NCBI GenBank assembly: GCA_002366885.1 | Contig: DFCD01000116.1 | Location: forward strand, 42,711-78,099 | Length of the DNA stretch: 35,389 nucleotides | DNA from: Verrucomicrobia bacterium UBA3063 | GTDB lineage: Bacteria; Verrucomicrobiota; Verrucomicrobiia; Methylacidiphilales; Verrucolacustridaceae | Reading direction: 5' to 3' | Shown: positions 17,809 through 27,463 of the stretch, in pieces | How positions within the stretch are numbered: the first letter of the stretch is position 1 | How the letters are laid out: the number at the start of each line of letters is the position of its first letter | Notes under the pieces: model-generated | The model's input: only the letters and a program-made list of their open reading frames with translations | Told to the model about the DNA's origin: nothing | Databases searched by the model: none | Position numbers and translations under genes: made by a program

Positions 17809-17861
17809 GATTAGTTATGCTTGATTTGCCTCCCAAATAAGGGTGCATAATGGCCCCAATC

Positions 17862-18782
17862 ATGCAGGTGGAATCTTTTCGCGTTTTCCGGGATCTCGTG
17901 GAGACCAAGTCGTTCAGCCGCTCCGCGTCCCTGAACGGGATCACCCAGTCCGCCGTCAGCCAACAACTCCGCTCCATCGAGACGCGGCTTCGCGTGCCCC
18001 TGCTGGAAAGAACCAGCAAACAGTTTGCCCTCACCCGCGAAGGGCAACTCCTCTATGAGGCAAGCCGGGAGATCATCGCTCACTACCAGCGATTCCAGCA
18101 CCAGCTGGAAGAAATGAGAAATATCATTTCCGGCAACATTCGGCTGGTGGCGGTGCCGAGCGTGGGAATTCATGAGCTTCCCCCCTACATCAGGGAGTTC
18201 CTCAAGACCTTTCCCCAGGTGAAAATCCAGGTCGATTACCGCCGTTCCAACGAGGTGTACGAGTCAGTGAACGATGGCGATGCGGACGTGGGTTTCGTCG
18301 CCTTTCCCTCGCCCCGCAAGGGGTTGAAGGTGGAGACCTTCAAAAAAGATACCCTCCACATCATCGCCGCCCCGGGTCATCCCCTCATGAAGCGGGGGGC
18401 GGTTGCCCTTTCGGACCTGGGGCAGTTCAAAATGGTCTCCCTCGCCCCCGAAACCCCCACCCGGCAGGGGTTGGACAAGATTCTCGCCGCACGGGGACTT
18501 CGCTTTCAGCCAAAGATGGAATTCGACAACGTGGAAACCCTCAAAAATGCCGTGGAAATCGATGCGGGGGTGGCCTTCCTGCCGAAGTCTGTCGTCGCGA
18601 AGGAACTGGCCTCCGGTTCCCTCGTGGTGCTTGCCCATGCCGGACCGCCCATTCTGCGGCCCTTGGGGGTGGTGTCCCGGGCCTCCCGTGTGGTCAGTCC
18701 TGCGGTGAAGCGCTTTCTCAAGGCCTTCAAGGGAGGGAAAACCACCGTACCATCCGGCGGTCCGGAAAACCTGACCGAGTGA
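17862..18782 (+). CDS. LysR-family transcriptional regulator
   Basis: N-terminal HTH SFSRSASLNGITQSAVSQQLRSIE...LLER plus a substrate-binding domain. Start at ATG 17862 (alternative 17850). Confidence 0.94.
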   Translation: MQVESFRVFRDLVETKSFSRSASLNGITQSAVSQQLRSIETRLRVPLLERTSKQFALTREGQLLYEASREIIAHYQRFQHQLEEMRNIISGNIRLVAVPSVGIHELPPYIREFLKTFPQVKIQVDYRRSNEVYESVNDGDADVGFVAFPSPRKGLKVETFKKDTLHIIAAPGHPLMKRGAVALSDLGQFKMVSLAPETPTRQGLDKILAARGLRFQPKMEFDNVETLKNAVEIDAGVAFLPKSVVAKELASGSLVVLAHAGPPILRPLGVVSRASRVVSPAVKRFLKAFKGGKTTVPSGGPENLTE

Positions 18783-19261
18783 GAAAAACCGAGACCTCGG
18801 CACCGCACACGGCCCGTGGAAGGGCGCTGGAATGCATGCGCTCCCAGTCGATGCGCCTGACGCTGCAGAGAAGGCTGGTGGTGGAGATGACCTTCGCCAC
18901 CCGCGACCATTTCACCGCAGAATCCCTGCTCGCCCAATGCCGCCGGCGCAACGGAAAGGTTTCCCGCGCAACCGTCTACCGCACGCTCGCATTTCTGGTG
19001 AAGGCAGGGCTGCTCCGACAGGTGGGGTTGGGACAACAGTCACCCCAGTATGACCCCAACTTTGCCGATGCCCCGCGACACGGTCACTTCGTCTGTGTCG
19101 ACTGCCAGAAGGTGGTGGAATTCCACGACCCGTGCCTCGACGTCCGGGAATCCATCGTCACCAAGGAACACGGGTTCAGCCCGAAGCGCGTCAGCCTTCA
19201 GATCGAGGCGTCCTGCGACGCTTTCCGGGAAAAGGGCGTCTGTCCACGACGCGCCGGCTGA
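18779..19261 (+). CDS. Fur-family metalloregulator
   Basis: Motifs DHFTAESL, VSRATVYRTL and HGHFVCVDC. GTG start overlaps the lysR stop. Confidence 0.92.
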   Translation: MRKTETSAPHTARGRALECMRSQSMRLTLQRRLVVEMTFATRDHFTAESLLAQCRRRNGKVSRATVYRTLAFLVKAGLLRQVGLGQQSPQYDPNFADAPRHGHFVCVDCQKVVEFHDPCLDVRESIVTKEHGFSPKRVSLQIEASCDAFREKGVCPRRAG

Positions 19262-19272
19262 GTCCGTTTGCC

Positions 19273-19301
19273 TTGGCCACAAGGAACTTTTCCGGTACGA
19301 T
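19273..19301 (+). promoter_or_regulatory. Putative sigma70 promoter for tig-clpP-clpX
   Basis: TTGGCC (19273-19278), 17 nt, TACGAT (19296-19301), 10 nt before the tig ATG. Confidence 0.5.
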
Positions 19302-19311
19302 GTTTCGGATT

Positions 19312-20610
19312 ATGAAAATTTCCATGGAAAATGCCGGAGGTTGCCGGCGGCGCGTGAAGGGAGAAATTCCCGCCGAACACGTGCGCAAAAAGGAGGAACA
19401 GGTTGCGCTCTCCTTTCAAAAGTCTGCCCGCCTTCCCGGCTTTCGCCCGGGCCGCGCTCCCCTCGAGATGGTCCGCAAACGCTACGCTCCCGACATCCAA
19501 GCCGAACTGCGGGAAGCTCTCCTTCGGGAGGGTCTGCGCACCGCGGTGGAGAAGGAAAAGCTTCTCCTCGTGGACGACCCGGCGGTCGAGGAGGCCGATT
19601 TCGGCAAGGACCGGGGTTTTCGGTTCATTCTTCGGGTCGACCTTGCCCCGGAATTCAAGCTACCCGCCGCCAAAGGCCTGAAGATCCCCAAAAAGAACGC
19701 CGAACCGGTCACGGACAAGGACGTGGAGAACGCCCTCGGGCAGTTGGCCGAACCGATGGCGCACTTCCACAACCTTGAGCCACGCCCTGCCCGGGAGGGG
19801 GATTTTGTCGTCCTCGACCTGGAAGGAACCTGTGGCGGCAAAAAAATCACGGAGATTGCCCCTCAGGCGGGCCAACTCGCCGTCGCCAAGAAACTCTGGC
19901 TCTTGCTGAAACCTGACTCCTTCCTTCCCGGTTTTTGCGCGGGCATCACCGGGATGAAGCCGGGGGAGACCAAGGAATTGGAGGTGAAATTCCCGGCGGA
20001 CTTTTCCCAGGTGCCCCTCCGCGGCCAGACGGGACGCTATGCCGTCACCCTGCATGAATTGAAAGAGCGCCATGTTCCGGACATCGACGAGGCCTTTTGT
20101 CAGGAGCACTACACGATCTCCCTGGAGGAGCTGAAAAAGCGGATCCGCGAGGATCTGGTCGCCTCCCGGGAATCCGCCGTCCGCTCCGAGGACTCCCGCG
20201 CCGTCACCACCGCCCTCCTCTCGGCCGTCAAGATGGATGTGCCCGAGCCGATGCTCGAGGAGGAACGGCGCCGCCTCGTGGCCCGCCTGGTCGAGGAAAA
20301 CCAGCGCCGAGGCGTTCCCCAGGAGGAGCTTCTCAAGCACAAGGATGAGATCCTCGCCGCCGCCGGCAGAAACGCGGAGGAGAACGTGAAACTTTCCTTC
20401 CTCCTCCGCAAGGTGGCCGAGGTGGAGGGACTCAAGGTGCAGGAAACAGAGATCCTTCAGGAAGTGGCCCATCTGGCCGCCCACTCAGGACAGGACATCC
20501 GCCTGTTTGCCAAACGACTGCAAAAATCAGGCGCTTTGCCCTCACTTGCTGACACGCTGTTGCGGCGCAAGACGGTCGATTTTCTTTTGCAACACGTCGT
20601 CCGGTCCTAG
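19312..20610 (+). CDS. tig: Trigger factor
   Basis: Ribosome-binding signature LPGFRPGRAP, FKBP-like domain (GDFVVLD, FLPGF, GMKPGE, FPADF), and tig-clpP-clpX synteny. Start at ATG 19312. Confidence 0.95.
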   Translation: MKISMENAGGCRRRVKGEIPAEHVRKKEEQVALSFQKSARLPGFRPGRAPLEMVRKRYAPDIQAELREALLREGLRTAVEKEKLLLVDDPAVEEADFGKDRGFRFILRVDLAPEFKLPAAKGLKIPKKNAEPVTDKDVENALGQLAEPMAHFHNLEPRPAREGDFVVLDLEGTCGGKKITEIAPQAGQLAVAKKLWLLLKPDSFLPGFCAGITGMKPGETKELEVKFPADFSQVPLRGQTGRYAVTLHELKERHVPDIDEAFCQEHYTISLEELKKRIREDLVASRESAVRSEDSRAVTTALLSAVKMDVPEPMLEEERRRLVARLVEENQRRGVPQEELLKHKDEILAAAGRNAEENVKLSFLLRKVAEVEGLKVQETEILQEVAHLAAHSGQDIRLFAKRLQKSGALPSLADTLLRRKTVDFLLQHVVRS

Positions 20611-20619
20611 CATCGCTCT

Positions 20620-21243
20620 ATGAACCCGGAACCCCGCGCGGACTACTTCGTTCCCAGCGTCATTGAACAGACCGGACGGGGCGAGCGCGCCTACGACATT
20701 TATTCCCGGCTCCTCAAGGACCGGATCGTCTTTATCGGCACGGCCATCGATGACACCATGGCCAACTCCATCATTGCCCAGCTTCTCTTCCTGCAGATGG
20801 AGGACCCCAAAAAGGACGTGAACATTTACGTCCATTCGCCAGGAGGCTACGTCACCGCCGGGTTGGCCATTTATGACACCATGCAATACATCAGCTGCGA
20901 TGTGGCCACCTACTGCATCGGTCAGGCCGCCAGCATGGGCGCCGTTCTCCTTGCCGCCGGCACCAAGGGCAAACGCTACTGCCTGCCCAACGCGCGGATC
21001 ATGATCCACCAGCCTCTCGGGGGCGCCCAAGGGCAGGCAACCGACATCAGTATCCAGGCCCAGGAAATTCTCCGCGCCAAGAAACGCCTCAACGAGATTC
21101 TCGCCCACCACACCGGGCAAAAGTTCGAGACTGTGGAAAAAGACACGGACCGGGACCGCTTCATGTCAGCCGAGGACGCCAAGGCCTACGGCCTGGTCGA
21201 CCACGTCGTCACCTTCCACAAGCCCGCCCAAACATCCAAATAA
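20620..21243 (+). CDS. clpP: ATP-dependent Clp protease proteolytic subunit
   Basis: [12 protein letters not shown]. Catalytic triad motifs AASMG, IMIHQP and DTDRD. Confidence 0.98.
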   Translation: MNPEPRADYFVPSVIEQTGRGERAYDIYSRLLKDRIVFIGTAIDDTMANSIIAQLLFLQMEDPKKDVNIYVHSPGGYVTAGLAIYDTMQYISCDVATYCIGQAASMGAVLLAAGTKGKRYCLPNARIMIHQPLGGAQGQATDISIQAQEILRAKKRLNEILAHHTGQKFETVEKDTDRDRFMSAEDAKAYGLVDHVVTFHKPAQTSK

Positions 21244-21255
21244 ACCGGAGCCTCC

Positions 21256-22521
21256 GTGGCCCGCCCCACCCACCTCACGCTCTGCTCCTTCTGCGGAAAG
21301 AGCCACGCGGAGGTGAAGAAACTCATCGCCGGACCGGGTGTCTACATCTGCGACAACTGCGTCACCCTGTGCACCAACATTCTCACCCGGGAGGCCGGCG
21401 AAGGACGCCCGGGAAAAGGACCGCTCACCGCTCTCCCCAAGCCGAGGGAAATCCGCGCGGAACTTGACCGGCACGTCATTGGCCAGGAAAGAGCCAAACG
21501 GACCCTCGCCGTCGCCGTCCATAACCACTACAAGCGGATCCGCGGGGATCACGCGGACTCCCTTCCCACCGAGCATGCCGACGTGGAACTCGAAAAAAGC
21601 AACATTCTCCTCATCGGGCCAACCGGTTGCGGCAAGACCCTCCTTGCCCGCACCCTCGCCCGGATCCTCGATGTTCCCTTCGCCATCGCCGATGCCACCT
21701 CCCTGACCGAGGCCGGCTACGTGGGCGAGGATGTCGAAACAATCATCCTCCGTCTTTTGCAAAACGCGGACTACGACGTCAAAAAGGCCGAGTTAGGCAT
21801 CGTCTACATCGACGAGATTGACAAAATCGGGCGCAAATCGGACAGCGCCTCGATCACCCGGGATGTCTCCGGGGAGGGCGTCCAGCAGGGTCTCCTCAAA
21901 ATTCTCGAGGGGACCATCTGCCACGTGCCCCCGCAGGGAGGACGCAAACATCCCCAGCAGGAACACATCACCATCAACACCCAAAACATCCTTTTTATCT
22001 GCGGCGGGGGCTTCGTCGGGCTGGAGGAAATCGTGCGAAAGCGGCTGGGCGGTCGTTCCCTCGGATTCGGCGCCGGCCCCGGGTCCGCGCCCATCACGGA
22101 GGAGGGCCCCACCCTGCTCCGACACACCGAGCCCGAGGATCTCCTCAAATTTGGAATGATTCCCGAATTCATCGGCCGCCTCCCCGTCCTCACCCATCTT
22201 CACCCCCTCACCGCGGAGGAACTCATCGCCGTGCTCACCGAGACCAAGAACTGCCTCACCAAACAATACGCCAAACTTTTTGGCATGGAAGGCGTCCGGC
22301 TGAACTTCACCAGGGACGCGCTCAAATGCCTTGCCGACAAAGCCATGAAAAAAGGCACCGGGGCCCGGGCCCTTCGCAGTCTGCTGGAGGGCATGATGCT
22401 CGATCTCATGTACGAAATCCCCTCCCGGGATGATGTGGAGGAAGTCCTCATCAGCCGCCCCGTTGTGGAGGGTCAGCGCCCACCCGTCATCCGGCGCAAG
22501 GAATCCCGCAAAGCCGCCTGA
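21256..22521 (+). CDS. clpX: ATP-dependent Clp protease ATP-binding subunit ClpX
   Basis: Zinc finger CSFC...CDNC, Walker [29 protein letters not shown] loop and LGF loop. Confidence 0.98.
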   Translation: MARPTHLTLCSFCGKSHAEVKKLIAGPGVYICDNCVTLCTNILTREAGEGRPGKGPLTALPKPREIRAELDRHVIGQERAKRTLAVAVHNHYKRIRGDHADSLPTEHADVELEKSNILLIGPTGCGKTLLARTLARILDVPFAIADATSLTEAGYVGEDVETIILRLLQNADYDVKKAELGIVYIDEIDKIGRKSDSASITRDVSGEGVQQGLLKILEGTICHVPPQGGRKHPQQEHITINTQNILFICGGGFVGLEEIVRKRLGGRSLGFGAGPGSAPITEEGPTLLRHTEPEDLLKFGMIPEFIGRLPVLTHLHPLTAEELIAVLTETKNCLTKQYAKLFGMEGVRLNFTRDALKCLADKAMKKGTGARALRSLLEGMMLDLMYEIPSRDDVEEVLISRPVVEGQRPPVIRRKESRKAA

Positions 22522-22557
22522 GTCTGCCGCTCTCCGCAGCGACCGCTGGCTTGTTTG

Positions 22558-23640
22558 TTACGAAATCTTTTTCAACCCCTCGCCCAGCCTTCCCCAAAGC
22601 TCCTCCATCCCTTTTTCCGTCTCATCACCCATGTGGGAAACCCGGAAGGTCTGCCCCTTAAGCTTGCCGTAACCGCCGTCAAAAATCGCCTGGTGGGTCT
22701 CCTTGAGCCAGGCAATCCATTTGGCGACATCCACCCCCCGGATGTTTTTGCCGCAAGTCAGACTGAGCGATTCAAACCCTTTCTCCGGAAAGACCTCAAA
22801 CCCGTTTTCCTGGAGCCAACTACGTCCCCGCTCGGCATTTTTGCGATGGCGTTCGTGGCGCCTGGCAATGCCCTCCGTCTCCATTTCCGCCAGCTTCGCC
22901 TCTAGGGCATACAGGTGGCCGATGGAGGGAGTGCAGGGCGTCATGTTGCTCTCCGCCTGCCTCCGGAATTCCAGAAAATCATAGTAATAACCGCGGTCTT
23001 TCACCTTTTCCGCCCGCTGATACGCCCGCTCGCTCACCGCAAAAAGGGCAGCGCCGGGCGGAAGGGCCAGAGCCTTTTGGGTTCCGCAGAGCATCACATC
23101 AAGGCCGAGCTCATCAAACGGGATCGGCAAGACGCTGAAGGAGGAGACGGTGTCCACGATCAGCAGGACGTCGGGATACTTGGTTCGGACCAGTTTGGCG
23201 ATATCCGCCAGTGGACTGAGGACTCCCGTGGAGGTCTCGTGGTGGATCAGGGTGAGCGCGTCGAATCCACCTTGGGACAGCTCCCGGTCAATCATCTCGG
23301 GAAGAATCGCCTGCCCCCACTCCACCTGAACCTTGCCGGCCTGCTTGCCGCACTTCTGCGCGACATCCAGCCACTTGTCGGAAAAGGCCCCGTTCATGCA
23401 GACCAAAACCTTTTTCTGTACCAGATTCCTCAAGGCGGCCTCCATCACCGACCAGGCGGATCCGGTCCCCAGAAACACCGGCTGGCTGGTCTGGAAAAGT
23501 TTCCGCAGGCCCGGTTGCACCCGGGCATAGAGGTCCTGGAAGCCCTTGCCGCGGTGTCCGATCATCGGACTCCCGAAGGCTTTTCGCACGGAGTCGGAGA
23601 CCTCGACCGGGCCGGGGATAAAGAGTTTGATGTGCGACAT
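22558..23640 (-). CDS. Class V PLP aminotransferase (alanine-glyoxylate/serine-pyruvate type)
   Basis: Motifs KLFIPGPVEV, MIGHR, HHETSTGV, VDTVSS, GTQKAL (PLP Lys intact) and FRVSHMG. Start at ATG 23640. Confidence 0.92.
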   Translation of the reverse strand: MSHIKLFIPGPVEVSDSVRKAFGSPMIGHRGKGFQDLYARVQPGLRKLFQTSQPVFLGTGSAWSVMEAALRNLVQKKVLVCMNGAFSDKWLDVAQKCGKQAGKVQVEWGQAILPEMIDRELSQGGFDALTLIHHETSTGVLSPLADIAKLVRTKYPDVLLIVDTVSSFSVLPIPFDELGLDVMLCGTQKALALPPGAALFAVSERAYQRAEKVKDRGYYYDFLEFRRQAESNMTPCTPSIGHLYALEAKLAEMETEGIARRHERHRKNAERGRSWLQENGFEVFPEKGFESLSLTCGKNIRGVDVAKWIAWLKETHQAIFDGGYGKLKGQTFRVSHMGDETEKGMEELWGRLGEGLKKIS

Positions 23641-23668
23641 CCTTGGGGTAAATAGAGGATTCACACCC

Positions 23669-24667
23669 ATGCGCAACCTTATCCTCATTTTTCCCCTGGT
23701 GACATTTCTCGGCGCACCGTTGGTTGCCCAAATCGGGACCAAGGGGGCTCCGGACGCCAGCGGCAACATGCAGACCAAGGAGGATGATGAACCGGTCGCC
23801 AAAGCCACCGTCCCCACCGACGAGGACAAAGCCTCCCAACCCCCCGCCGCACTCCCGTCCTCCCCCGGTGCCGGCCTGCCCGCCCAGGCCCCCGGTCCCG
23901 CCGTTGGCGAAATTATCCAGAATGCCATCCGGCGGGACGAGGAATTGCGGGACCTGCGGTCGGAATATCTTTACCAGCTTAAGGTCGTCACGGAGCGGTT
24001 GGACGACGACAACAAGGTTGTGCCCGACAGGACAAAGACGGTTTCCGCAAAAATCAAACCCGGCAAAGACATCACCTACACGGCAGATTTCAATGATGAT
24101 TCCGGTTCCCCATCCGGGGGCGCCTCCGACAAAACCAAGGTCGCCGGGGTCGCTGCGGGACGCAACCTCCACAAAGGTTCCGATGACGATGATGACGACG
24201 ACAAGGACAAGCAGGTGGAGGATGCCAAGAAGGTCAATGCCATGCTGGACATGGCCAAAATTGCCCCGCGCTACAATTATCAGCGGCTCAATGACGAAAC
24301 CATCCGTGACCGGCGCTGCTTCGTCATCAAATTCACCCCCAAAAAGGACCAGCCCTTCTCCTCCCGCGAGGAAAAGGTCATCAATAAGGTGGGTGGAACT
24401 CTTTGGGTCGACCAGAAGGACTTCAGCATCATCCAGACGAAAGGGAAATTGACCGAGGAGGTCGATGTCGCCTGGTTTTTGGCCACCATGAAGGGGCTGA
24501 ATTTCGACTACCAGACGGAGGAGCTTCCGGAGATCGGCATCCCCGTTCCGTCATCCTTTTTCATGAATTTCGACCTGAACGTCATGGGCTACCGGATCGC
24601 CCAACGGCAAAAAAGCTCGATGAGCGACTACCAGCGGTCCGCCTCGCCGCCGGCCAACCAACCCTAG
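23669..24667 (+). CDS. Secreted protein, possibly LolA/MucB-like (outer-membrane lipoprotein-sorting-like) fold
   Basis: Signal peptide MRNLILIFPLVTFLGAPLVA, Pro-rich linker, Asp tract, and an ETIRDRRCFVIKFTPK...GTLWVDQKDFSII pattern. Confidence 0.6.
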   Translation: MRNLILIFPLVTFLGAPLVAQIGTKGAPDASGNMQTKEDDEPVAKATVPTDEDKASQPPAALPSSPGAGLPAQAPGPAVGEIIQNAIRRDEELRDLRSEYLYQLKVVTERLDDDNKVVPDRTKTVSAKIKPGKDITYTADFNDDSGSPSGGASDKTKVAGVAAGRNLHKGSDDDDDDDKDKQVEDAKKVNAMLDMAKIAPRYNYQRLNDETIRDRRCFVIKFTPKKDQPFSSREEKVINKVGGTLWVDQKDFSIIQTKGKLTEEVDVAWFLATMKGLNFDYQTEELPEIGIPVPSSFFMNFDLNVMGYRIAQRQKSSMSDYQRSASPPANQP

Positions 24668-24686
24668 CTTTTTCCGCGGATCCCCC

Positions 24687-26546
24687 GTGACCGGCCGGCT
24701 CCTCGCCGTAATCCTGGGACTCGCTTCCCTGCCGGCATCCGGGGGCCCAAATACCCCAGGCCCCGCTTGGGCGGAAGAGGCGGTTTGGTACCAGATCTTT
24801 CCCGAGCGATTCCGAAACGGGGACCCCAAAAACGATCCGACCGCGGACTACTGCGGAGTGCCCGAAAAAGTCCGCAGGGAATGGGGCGTCCTTCCCTGGA
24901 CGATGGAATGGTATGCCCTGGCGGATTGGGAAAAAAAACTGGCCGGAGACGTGTACGGGACCAACGGTTACCGTCGATATGGCGGGGATTTCCGGGGGGT
25001 GATCGACCGCCTGGACTACCTCAAAGACTTGGGGGTAACCGCGTTGTACCTGAACCCGGTTTTCGAGTCGCCCTCCCTTCACAAATACGATGCACGCTCT
25101 TTCCACCATGCGGACCCGCATTTCGGCCCGGATCCCGCGGGGGATCTCGCCCTCACCAAGGAATCGTCCGCTGATCCCGCGTCCTGGCGCTGGACAGCCG
25201 CCGATAAAATGTTGCTCGAGCTTGTCCGGGAGGCCCATGCCCGCGGCATGAAGATCATCCTCGACGGCGTCTTTAACCACTGTGCGCGGCAGTTTTTCGC
25301 CTTCGAGGATCTTCGTAAGAATCAAAAACAATCCCCCTACGTCCATTGGTTTGAGGTGAAGGCTTTTGACGATCCCAAAACCCCTGCCGATGAGTTTGAC
25401 TACTCGGGGTGGTGGGGGCTGAAAAGCATGCCGGAATTTGCCGAGGTGACGGATGAGGCCGGACGAAAAAATCTCCACCCCGAGGTGAAGGCCTACCTCT
25501 TCGCCGTCACCCGCCGCTGGATGGATCCGGATGGCAACGGGGACCCCTCCGACGGAATCGACGGCTGGCGCCTCGACGTGGCCAACGAAGTGGGAACGGG
25601 CTTTTGGTCGGAATGGAACCAGTTGGTCAAATCCATCAACCCCGCGGCGTACACCACCGCGGAGATCTGGCAGGAGGCCCCCGGGTTCATGCGGGAGGGC
25701 GGATTTGACGGCGTCATGAACTATTATGCCTTTGCCATGCCAATCAAGGGAGGGCTGATCGATGCCACCTTGCCGGTGCGCGAGTTCCTCCAGTTGATCG
25801 AGGAACGGAGAAGCGCCTTTTCGGATGCGGAATGGAGGCGCCTGATGAACCTTTTCGACTCCCATGACACCGACCGCATGGCCTCGATGATCGTCAACCG
25901 GGATCGACCCTATTACGCCAAAGCCGATGTCTTTGCCTACGATGCGGAAAACTGGGCGGGAAGCCGGGAGAAGCCCTACTTGGTCCGCAAACCCACCGCC
26001 GAGGAAAGAAAGTTGCAGCGCATGCTTTTTCTTTTCCAGGTGGCCTACCCCGGAAGCCCCTACCTCTACTACGGAACGGAAGCGGGAATGTGGGGGGCGG
26101 ACGACCCGGACGACCGCATGCCCATGGTTTGGGAGGACGGAAAATACTCCCCACAAACAATCAGCCCGGGAGACCAACCGCCGCGGAATGACGACTCCAA
26201 TTTCAACGGAGCTCTGCACGATTTTATCAAAAAAACCCTGGCTCTACGGAGAAGCCACCCCACGCTCCGGGATGGCGCCGTCAGGGTGATTGGGGCCGAC
26301 AACGCCACCGGCACCTTTGCCTTTGCCCGTGCGGGCGAGCAGAACATCGTCGCCATCTTCAATCGCAGCGAAAAAAGCCAGACTTTCCACTTTCGCTTCG
26401 GCTCGCCGGATGGCAACGCCCCGGAAACCTTGAAGCCCTTCTATGTTTCTTCCGGACCCCTGTCGGAAGTGAGTCTCAGGCAGGAGGGGGAAAAGGTATC
26501 CGTTACCCTGCCGGGTTGGACCGGGGTTTTACTCTCCGCGGATTAA
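24687..26546 (+). CDS. GH13 alpha-amylase-family glycoside hydrolase (neopullulanase/cyclomaltodextrinase-like), with signal peptide
   Basis: [13 protein letters not shown], region I DGVFNH, region II GWRLDVA, region III AEIW and region IV DSHDTDR. Confidence 0.93.
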   Translation: MTGRLLAVILGLASLPASGGPNTPGPAWAEEAVWYQIFPERFRNGDPKNDPTADYCGVPEKVRREWGVLPWTMEWYALADWEKKLAGDVYGTNGYRRYGGDFRGVIDRLDYLKDLGVTALYLNPVFESPSLHKYDARSFHHADPHFGPDPAGDLALTKESSADPASWRWTAADKMLLELVREAHARGMKIILDGVFNHCARQFFAFEDLRKNQKQSPYVHWFEVKAFDDPKTPADEFDYSGWWGLKSMPEFAEVTDEAGRKNLHPEVKAYLFAVTRRWMDPDGNGDPSDGIDGWRLDVANEVGTGFWSEWNQLVKSINPAAYTTAEIWQEAPGFMREGGFDGVMNYYAFAMPIKGGLIDATLPVREFLQLIEERRSAFSDAEWRRLMNLFDSHDTDRMASMIVNRDRPYYAKADVFAYDAENWAGSREKPYLVRKPTAEERKLQRMLFLFQVAYPGSPYLYYGTEAGMWGADDPDDRMPMVWEDGKYSPQTISPGDQPPRNDDSNFNGALHDFIKKTLALRRSHPTLRDGAVRVIGADNATGTFAFARAGEQNIVAIFNRSEKSQTFHFRFGSPDGNAPETLKPFYVSSGPLSEVSLRQEGEKVSVTLPGWTGVLLSAD

Positions 26547-27400
26547 TCCGAACGCTCGATCGGGGCCCTCACCCGGTTTCCCCATTCCGTCCAGGAACCG
26601 TCGTAGTTTCTCACTTTTTTGAGGCCCAGAAGGTAGCTGAGCACGAACCACGTGTGGCTCGACCGCTCCCCGATCCGGCAGTAGGCCACCACGTCCTTGT
26701 CCGGGGTCAGCTGGCAGCCCTGCAGGTAAATTTTTGCCAGCTCCTCGGCGGACTTGAACGTGCCGTCCTCTTGAACCGCTGTCTTCCATGGCACGCTTTT
26801 GGCGCCGGGAATATGCCCGCCCCGCAACACTCCCTCTTGGGGATATTCGGGCATATGGGTAACCTCTCCCTTAAACTCTCCGGGCGAACGGACGTCGATC
26901 AGCGGCTTCTTTGCCTGACTGAAGGCGAGCGCATCCTCGTAAAAGGCCCGGATTTCCCCGTCCAATCGCTTGGCCGGCGTCGGATAGGTGGCAGGCTTTG
27001 CCGTCACTTTTTCCCGCGTCAGCGGGCGTTTCTCCGCCACCCACTTGTCCCGGCCGCCATTCAAAATCCTCACCTTCTGGTGTCCAAACAACCGGAAGGC
27101 CCAAAGAGCATAACAGGCCCACCAGTTGGACTTGTCGCCGTAAAAAATCACCGTGGTTTCCGGGGAGATTCCGTTGCGCGCACAAAGCTCCGCAAAGGCC
27201 TTGGGACTGATGTAGTCCCGCACCAGCGGATCCTGCAGGTCGCGGCGCCAATCAATGTGCACCGCCCCGGGGATGTGGCCGGTGTCGTAAAGGAGCACGT
27301 CTTCATTGCTTTCCACCACCCGGATGCCGGGATCATTCAGGTTCCGGGCCAGCCATTCGGTTTCCACAAGGGCTTCCGGGTGGGCGTATTTCGTGCTCAT
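26543..27400 (-). CDS. Tandem-domain rhodanese / thiosulfate sulfurtransferase
   Basis: Motifs GHIPGA (twice), ILNGG, active-site CRIGER and [14 protein letters not shown] 27400 with an AAGGAG SD. Confidence 0.94.
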   Translation of the reverse strand: MSTKYAHPEALVETEWLARNLNDPGIRVVESNEDVLLYDTGHIPGAVHIDWRRDLQDPLVRDYISPKAFAELCARNGISPETTVIFYGDKSNWWACYALWAFRLFGHQKVRILNGGRDKWVAEKRPLTREKVTAKPATYPTPAKRLDGEIRAFYEDALAFSQAKKPLIDVRSPGEFKGEVTHMPEYPQEGVLRGGHIPGAKSVPWKTAVQEDGTFKSAEELAKIYLQGCQLTPDKDVVAYCRIGERSSHTWFVLSYLLGLKKVRNYDGSWTEWGNRVRAPIERSD

Positions 27401-27463
27401 GGTGATGCTCCTTAAACCAAGGAAAATGCCGCAAACCGTTCCGGGGCGCAACCGTCCCCCGTG

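Noticed and set aside
24180-24212. GAT/GAC run encoding DDDDDDDKDK, resembling a FLAG or enterokinase tag
   Set aside because: It is an in-frame natural acidic tract with mixed codons, no DYK and no vector context.
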